Below are positions 59,322 through 64,000 of a stretch of 64,000 nucleotides of DNA, one piece after another. Below the pieces are notes generated by a model. It did not search any database. It worked only from the letters and a program-made list of their open reading frames with translations, and was not told where the DNA came from. A program made the translations under genes and the position numbers. Within the stretch, counting starts at the first letter, position 1. Every line of letters starts with the position of its first letter. The stretch is from Paludibacteraceae bacterium (lineage in GTDB: Bacteria; Bacillota_I; Bacilli_A; RFN20; CAG-826), in contig CAVFEQ010000004.1 of NCBI GenBank assembly GCA_963621535.1, positions 131 to 64,130 of the forward strand, written 5' to 3'.

Positions 59322-59916
59322 GGTGTGCTTCAAGCCGATCGCCGAGGATTCTTTTCTTTCTGGGTTTTTGGGCGAGGCGATTCTTTGCCCCGACTGCTAT
59401 CGCGAAATGAAACCGGAATGGTTTGAATGGAAGGAAGGGAATATCCCTTGCACCGCTTTGTATTTCTACAATCCCACAATCCGCACGATGCTTTATCAAT
59501 TCAAAGGTTGCGGCGATTACGAATTGAAAGACGCCTTCTTCGCCTATCCCCGTCGCATGCTAAAGGCGCTTTACCACGGTTACACCATCGTTCCTGCGCC
59601 CTCTTCCTCATCCCATAACGAAAAAAGAGGCTTTAACCAGGTCAAGGCAATGTGCGAATGCTTGGGCTTGCCTCTTTTAGACTGCCTAGTGAAAACGGTG
59701 GAAGCCAAGCAAAGCGACCTTTCCGCGAAAGAAAGAGGCGAAATCGGAAAATACCTGGTTTACAAAGGCCCAAAATCGCTTGCGAAACGGAAGATCCTTT
59801 TGGTTGATGATGTGTTCACGACTGGTTCGACAGCCCGGGCCTGCCTCAAGCTTTTGGCCTCTCATCGTCCCCGAAAATTATCCTTTCTGGCAATGGCAAA
59901 AACCCTCCCAAAATGA
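59266..59916 (+). CDS. comFC: ComFC-family phosphoribosyltransferase-like protein
   Basis: ORF 59146-59916 trimmed to ATG 59266 because the upstream part overlaps comFA. The zinc-finger pattern CKVC...CPDC and the PRTase motif ILLVDDVFTTGSTA are present. The start is uncertain. Confidence 0.75.
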   Translation: MKQWKERLKKSVTATPFCKVCFKPIAEDSFLSGFLGEAILCPDCYREMKPEWFEWKEGNIPCTALYFYNPTIRTMLYQFKGCGDYELKDAFFAYPRRMLKALYHGYTIVPAPSSSSHNEKRGFNQVKAMCECLGLPLLDCLVKTVEAKQSDLSAKERGEIGKYLVYKGPKSLAKRKILLVDDVFTTGSTARACLKLLASHRPRKLSFLAMAKTLPK

Positions 59917-59930
59917 GCGCTTTTGTCGCG

Positions 59931-59959
59931 TTGCTTACCATTTCTTGAAATGGTATGAT
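59931..59959 (+). promoter_or_regulatory. promoter candidate for secA (extended -10)
   Basis: -35 TTGCTT (59931-59936), a 17-nt spacer ending in TGG and -10 TATGAT (59954-59959). RBS GAAGGAG lies at 59976-59982. Confidence 0.4.
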
Positions 59960-59988
59960 TACCGGGCTTTTTCGCGAAGGAGTTTTTT

Positions 59989-62508
59989 GTGGCTAATTTT
60001 ATCGAATCAATCTTCCACCTTGAGAAACGCGAATTGAACCGCTACGGCAAGCAAGCCGATAGGGTCATGAGCTATGAGGAGCAAATGAAGGCGCTTAGCG
60101 ATGATGAGCTGCGCGCCAAAACCAAAGAGTTCCAAGAGGTTTTGAGGAACAAAACGAAAACCCTTGAGGATATCAAGTTCGAGGCGTTCGCCGTGTGCCG
60201 TGAAGGCGCTAGGCGTGCCCTCCATCAATTCCCGTTCAAAGTGCAGATCATCGGCGCCCTTGTTCTTAACGACGGCAACGTCGCCGAGATGAAGACCGGC
60301 GAAGGTAAAACCTTGACCGCGACCATGGCCGTCTATTTGAACGCTTTGACCGGCGAAGGCGTCCACGTTATCACCGTCAATGAATATCTTGCTGAGCGCG
60401 ACGCGAACTGGATGGGTGAGGTTTATCGCTTCCTTGGCTTGACCGTTGGGGTCAACCTTGCTTCTAAAGGACCCGCGGAAAAGAAGGCCGCTTACCTTTG
60501 CGACATCACTTACACCACGAACTCCGAACTTGGCTTTGACTATCTTCGCGATAACATGACCCAAACTTTGAATAACCGCGTCCTCCGTGGATTGAAGTTC
60601 TGCGTCGTCGACGAGGCCGACTCCGTTTTGATCGATGAATCGAGGACCCCTCTTATCATTTCCGGCGGGCAAAAATCCTCTGCGAGCCAATATATGGTCG
60701 CCGATCGCTTCGTTAAAACTCTCCGCAAAGAAAAAGATTTCTCCATCGACATCAAAACCAAAACCTGTTCGCTCACTGACGAAGGCAACAACAAAGCCGA
60801 GAGAATGTTCGGGATTCGCAATCTCTACGATCCTGAGAACCAGGACCTTGTCCACCGCATCCACCAGGCCCTTAAAGCCAACTACGTTATGGCTAGGGAC
60901 GTCGAATACATGGTCGATGCCGAACGCCAGATCCAACTGATCGACCAATTCACCGGCCGTATTATGAAAGGCCGCGAATATAACGACGGCCTGCAGCAGG
61001 CAATCCAAGCCAAAGAAGGCGTTGAAATTAAGCAGGAGACCATCGTTCTTGCGACGATCACCTATCAAAACTTCTTCCGTCTTTACAAAAAACTTTCCGG
61101 CATGACCGGCACTGCGAAAACCGAAGAAGAGGAATTCGAGAAGATCTACAACATGAAGGTCATCTGCATTCCGACGAACCGCCCGATCCAACGTAAAGAC
61201 GACGACGATGTCATTTACGGAACCCATCAGGCGAAACTAAAAGGCCTAGTTGAGGAAGTGAAGCGGCGTCATGAACTTGGCCAGCCAATCCTTATCGGCA
61301 CAGTTTCCGTTGAAAGCAATGAGGAAATCTCCAAACTCTTGACCGCGGCAGGAATCCCTCACGAAGTCCTTAACGCGAAGAACCAGGCCCGCGAAGCCGA
61401 AATCATCTCTCACGCTGGCGAAAATGGCGCTGTCACGCTTGCCACCAACATGGCTGGACGTGGCACCGACATCAAGCTCACCGATGAAGTCAGAAAGCTC
61501 GGCGGCCTCTGCGTCTTCGGAACGGAAAGGCACGAATCCCGCCGTATCGACAACCAGCTCCGTGGTCGTTCAGGACGTCAAGGGGACCCCGGGTATTCCC
61601 GTTTCTATGTCTCCTTCGACGATGAATTGATGCGCCGTTTCGTCAACGGCAACATCCGTCAGACCTTCCAAACCCAGCTTGGCGATGACCACTTGGAGAA
61701 TAAAATGCTCCAAAGCGTCGTCACGAACGCCCAAAAGCAAATCGAAGGCCGCAACTTCGATACGCGTAAAAACCTTTTGGATTATGACGACGTTTTGGCG
61801 AAACAACGTCAAATCATCTACGATCGCCGCGACCGCATCATGCTTGCTGGCGACATCAATGAGCTCGTGCATTCTTTCTTCTCCGATACAGGCAAATTCC
61901 TGGCCAAGAAAGGCACCGTACCCGGCAGGGATGAGGGCCTGATTTCCGGGGAAGCCCTGAAGAAATTAGTGGAGCCTGCCTTCGTTCCTGTCGGCGAGTT
62001 CCCGGCAAGAGCATATGATGAGGCCTCCGTTGAAGAAGGTGGCGAGGATTTAGGCGAATATCTATATGCCGCCTATCTTAAAAAACGCGAGACTTGGCCT
62101 GCTGACCAAGCTGACCGCGTCGAACGTTCCATCTCCCTATCCGTCATCGACCGCAACTGGACCAAGCACATCGACACGATGTCCCATCTCCGCGAAGGGA
62201 TCGGGCTCCGTTCTTATGCGCAAACCAACCCTCTCCAGGATTACGTAAACGAGGGCTACGCTCTCTTCCGCGAGATGAATTCGAATATCGCGGTCGACTG
62301 CGTCTATAACTTCATGAACGTTCGCTTGGTGAAGAACGAGGAGGCCCCCGCTCCTGCCTCTGAGCCCATCGAAGCCAAAGCCGAGGAGACTCTGCCTGCG
62401 GATAAGCCCACGGAAAAGGAACAGCTTAAGGTCGAACAACCCGAATACACCCCGGAGAATCAATCGTCCAAAGAGCCCGCGGAAAAGCCTGCAGAAGAAG
62501 CAAAATAA
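59989..62508 (+). CDS. secA: preprotein translocase ATPase SecA
   Basis: GTG start. Walker A MKTGEGKTL and DEAD-like VVDEADSVLIDE are present. Length is 839 aa. The C-terminus is acidic and P-rich and lacks the usual Cys-rich zinc-binding tail. Confidence 0.95.
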   Translation: MANFIESIFHLEKRELNRYGKQADRVMSYEEQMKALSDDELRAKTKEFQEVLRNKTKTLEDIKFEAFAVCREGARRALHQFPFKVQIIGALVLNDGNVAEMKTGEGKTLTATMAVYLNALTGEGVHVITVNEYLAERDANWMGEVYRFLGLTVGVNLASKGPAEKKAAYLCDITYTTNSELGFDYLRDNMTQTLNNRVLRGLKFCVVDEADSVLIDESRTPLIISGGQKSSASQYMVADRFVKTLRKEKDFSIDIKTKTCSLTDEGNNKAERMFGIRNLYDPENQDLVHRIHQALKANYVMARDVEYMVDAERQIQLIDQFTGRIMKGREYNDGLQQAIQAKEGVEIKQETIVLATITYQNFFRLYKKLSGMTGTAKTEEEEFEKIYNMKVICIPTNRPIQRKDDDDVIYGTHQAKLKGLVEEVKRRHELGQPILIGTVSVESNEEISKLLTAAGIPHEVLNAKNQAREAEIISHAGENGAVTLATNMAGRGTDIKLTDEVRKLGGLCVFGTERHESRRIDNQLRGRSGRQGDPGYSRFYVSFDDELMRRFVNGNIRQTFQTQLGDDHLENKMLQSVVTNAQKQIEGRNFDTRKNLLDYDDVLAKQRQIIYDRRDRIMLAGDINELVHSFFSDTGKFLAKKGTVPGRDEGLISGEALKKLVEPAFVPVGEFPARAYDEASVEEGGEDLGEYLYAAYLKKRETWPADQADRVERSISLSVIDRNWTKHIDTMSHLREGIGLRSYAQTNPLQDYVNEGYALFREMNSNIAVDCVYNFMNVRLVKNEEAPAPASEPIEAKAEETLPADKPTEKEQLKVEQPEYTPENQSSKEPAEKPAEEAK

Positions 62509-62531
62509 CCGCAAAACCTAAAGGAATAAAC

Positions 62532-63660
62532 ATGAAAGAGTTAGTCGAGTTAAAACAAAAAGCTCAAGATTTGGGCAAAGTAGTCTCGCATCTCGGTGAT
62601 TCTCTTTGACCTCGTCAGTCTAAGAAAAGAAATCACCGAGCTTGAGGCAAAGCAAAACGCGGAGGATTTTTGGAACGACCAAAATTCCGCGATGCAAATC
62701 GTCAACCGCTTGGCCGACATCAAAGAAAAGGTCAATGGCTATGATAAAGGCGTCGCCGATATTAACGACATCAATGAGCTGATCTCTTCCTGCGATGAGA
62801 AAGACGCCGAGATGCTCGAGCTCATCGAATCGATGGAGGCCGATCTAGAAGAATCGGCCAAGGCTCTGCGCGCCGTGCTGCTATTTTCAGGTGAATATGA
62901 TGCTTTGAATTGCACGTTGGATATCCATCCTGGCGCTGGCGGAACCGAGGCGCAAGACTGGTCATCCATGCTTTTACGAATGTATGGCCGCTGGGCTGAG
63001 CGTCACAACTTCAAATGCCAGGTGCTCTCGCTTGAAGATGGGGACGAGGCCGGCATCAAGTCAGTTACCATCAAAATCACCGGGCATAATGCCTATGGCA
63101 TGCTCAAAGGCGAAAAAGGCGTCCACCGCCTTGTCCGCATATCCCCTTTCGACGCGAACGCGAGGAGGCACACCTCCTTTTCTTCAGTGAACGTCGTCCC
63201 TGAATTCGGCCCTGTCGCCGATGTTGTGATCGATCCCAAAGATCTGCGTATCGACATCTTCCGCTCTGGCGGGGCAGGCGGACAAAATGTCAACAAAGTC
63301 TCCTCCGCCGTGCGCATCACCCACCTTCCCACAGGGATCGTGGTTTCAAGCGAAGCCGAGCGCGATCAGCCTAAAAACAAGGCGAACTGCATGGCGATGC
63401 TGCGCGACAAATTGATGCAGAGGAAAGTCGAGGAGCGCGAAGCGAAGATGAAGTCCATCATCGGCGTCCAAAAAGCGATTGAATGGGGCTCGCAAATCCG
63501 CTCTTACGTTTTCCAGCCCTACCAAATGGTCAAAGACCATCGCACGGATGCCGAGACCGGAAACGTTCAGGCCGTTATGGATGGCGACATCGATTTGTTC
63601 ATCAACGCCTATCTAGAGATGGAGGCCAAAAATGCCGATGCTCAAAAGGCAATGGAATAA
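62532..63660 (+). CDS. prfB: peptide chain release factor 2 (requires programmed +1 frameshift at 62607)
   Basis: Frame 0 runs ATG 62532 to CTT (62604-62606) and then reaches TGA (62607-62609). The +1 frame continues from GAC (62608) to 63660. That frame carries SPF (RISPFDANARRHTSF) and GGQ (SGGAGGQNVNK). Confidence 0.9.
62595..62610 (+). promoter_or_regulatory. RF2 autoregulatory +1 frameshift site
   Basis: GGTGAT (SD-like, complementary to the 16S 3' end) is followed by the 3-nt spacer TCT and then CTT TGA C. This is the same layout as the canonical prfB recoding signal. Confidence 0.85.
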
Positions 63661-64000
63661 GGCCGAAGCCAAAAAGTTCTTCAAAAACATCTCCCTTATC
63701 ACATTGGGTTGTTTTGTTCTTGCGGCCGGGACTGTTGCTTTCTTGCTCCCCCTTGATTTGGTTACGGGCGGGGTCAGCGGGGTTTCCGTCATCGTGAACC
63801 ATTATTTGGAACCTGTTTTAGGAACCCCGATTCAGGATATCGTGGCTTGGATCATCCAAGTGGTGCTGCTACTTGTGAGCTTTGTTTTCTTGGGCAAGAA
63901 ATTCACCTTGCACACCATCTACGCGACCCTTTTGTATCCGGCTTTCCTGACGATTCTCATGCGTACCCATGCCTTGGATTTCATTTCCAACGCGATTAAG
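63632..64000 (+). CDS. YitT-family (DUF2179-type) membrane protein, 3'-truncated by the window end
   Basis: The frame is open from ATG 63632 to the window end (123 codons, no stop) and is not in the ORF track because it is unterminated. RBS GGAGG lies upstream. LITLGCFVLAAGTVAFLLPLDLVTGGVSGVSVIVNH matches the YitT N-terminal pattern. The start overlaps the prfB end by 29 nt. Confidence 0.7.
   Translation, partial: MPMLKRQWNKAEAKKFFKNISLITLGCFVLAAGTVAFLLPLDLVTGGVSGVSVIVNHYLEPVLGTPIQDIVAWIIQVVLLLVSFVFLGKKFTLHTIYATLLYPAFLTILMRTHALDFISNAIK

Noticed and set aside
60007-61227. A 406-aa ORF antisense to secA. Similar long antisense ORFs occur at 32988-33941 (317 aa, opposite DUF1836/galE), 35410-36093 (227 aa), 18603-19277 (224 aa), 44574-45188 (204 aa), 9707-10291 (194 aa) and 25369-25944 (191 aa).
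   Set aside because: Each lies opposite a gene with unambiguous conserved motifs (SecA, GalE, TsaB/RimI, RluA-type, GT4, PcrA). The translated products are low-complexity and rich in R, F, G and L, with no recognisable motif and no RBS. Long antisense frames are expected when the sense strand avoids TTA, CTA and TCA codons in that register. Ribosome profiling would be needed to revive any of them.

Overview
This is a 64-kb chromosomal segment of a compact, gene-dense Bacillota-type genome. That assignment is inferred from gene order: dnaX-ybaB-recR-tmk-holB-yaaT-rsmI, prfA-prmC-tsaC, comFA-comFC-secA-prfB and pcrA-ligA-gatCAB. The standard genetic code applies, because prfB carries the classic CUU-UGA-C +1 frameshift site, so UGA is a stop codon. 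I support about 62 protein genes. Many have ATGA or TAATG start/stop overlaps. Five of the six convergent gene junctions have a gap of 3 nt or less, and three of them share a TTAA stop/stop overlap. Most content is housekeeping: replication and repair (ung, pcrA, ligA, dnaX, holB, recR), translation (asnS, gatCAB, prfA, prfB, prmC, rsmI, an RluA-type synthase, and all four t6A genes), secA, tmk and galE. The accessory content falls into five groups. (1) A tightly coupled degV-fakA operon runs into an orphan ABC ATPase, a GT-D-like enzyme, a roughly 12-TM protein and a lipoprotein (2.7-7.1 kb). (2) A surface-glycan cluster holds a TupA-like ATP-grasp ligase, a Wzx-type flippase and three GT-B glycosyltransferases (7.1-13.0 kb). 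(3) Five uncharacterised membrane proteins lie between asnS and pcrA (22.1-25.0 kb). (4) One protein carries a membrane anchor followed by four YegP/DUF1508 repeats (34.5-36.1 kb). (5) A csoR-copA copper locus has a CopZ-like module fused in frame to CopA. Supported cis-elements are a TPP riboswitch with a terminator-type expression platform upstream of thiT, a CsoR operator palindrome, the prfB recoding site and a few intrinsic terminators. I saw no rRNA, tRNA, CRISPR array, transposase, integrase or phage genes. All product calls rest on motifs and architectures recognised by eye, and no database search was run. I found no clear novel system. The most promising unexplained pieces are the orphan-ABC/GT-D-like/membrane/lipoprotein module, the five-gene membrane islet and the membrane-anchored 4x YegP protein.
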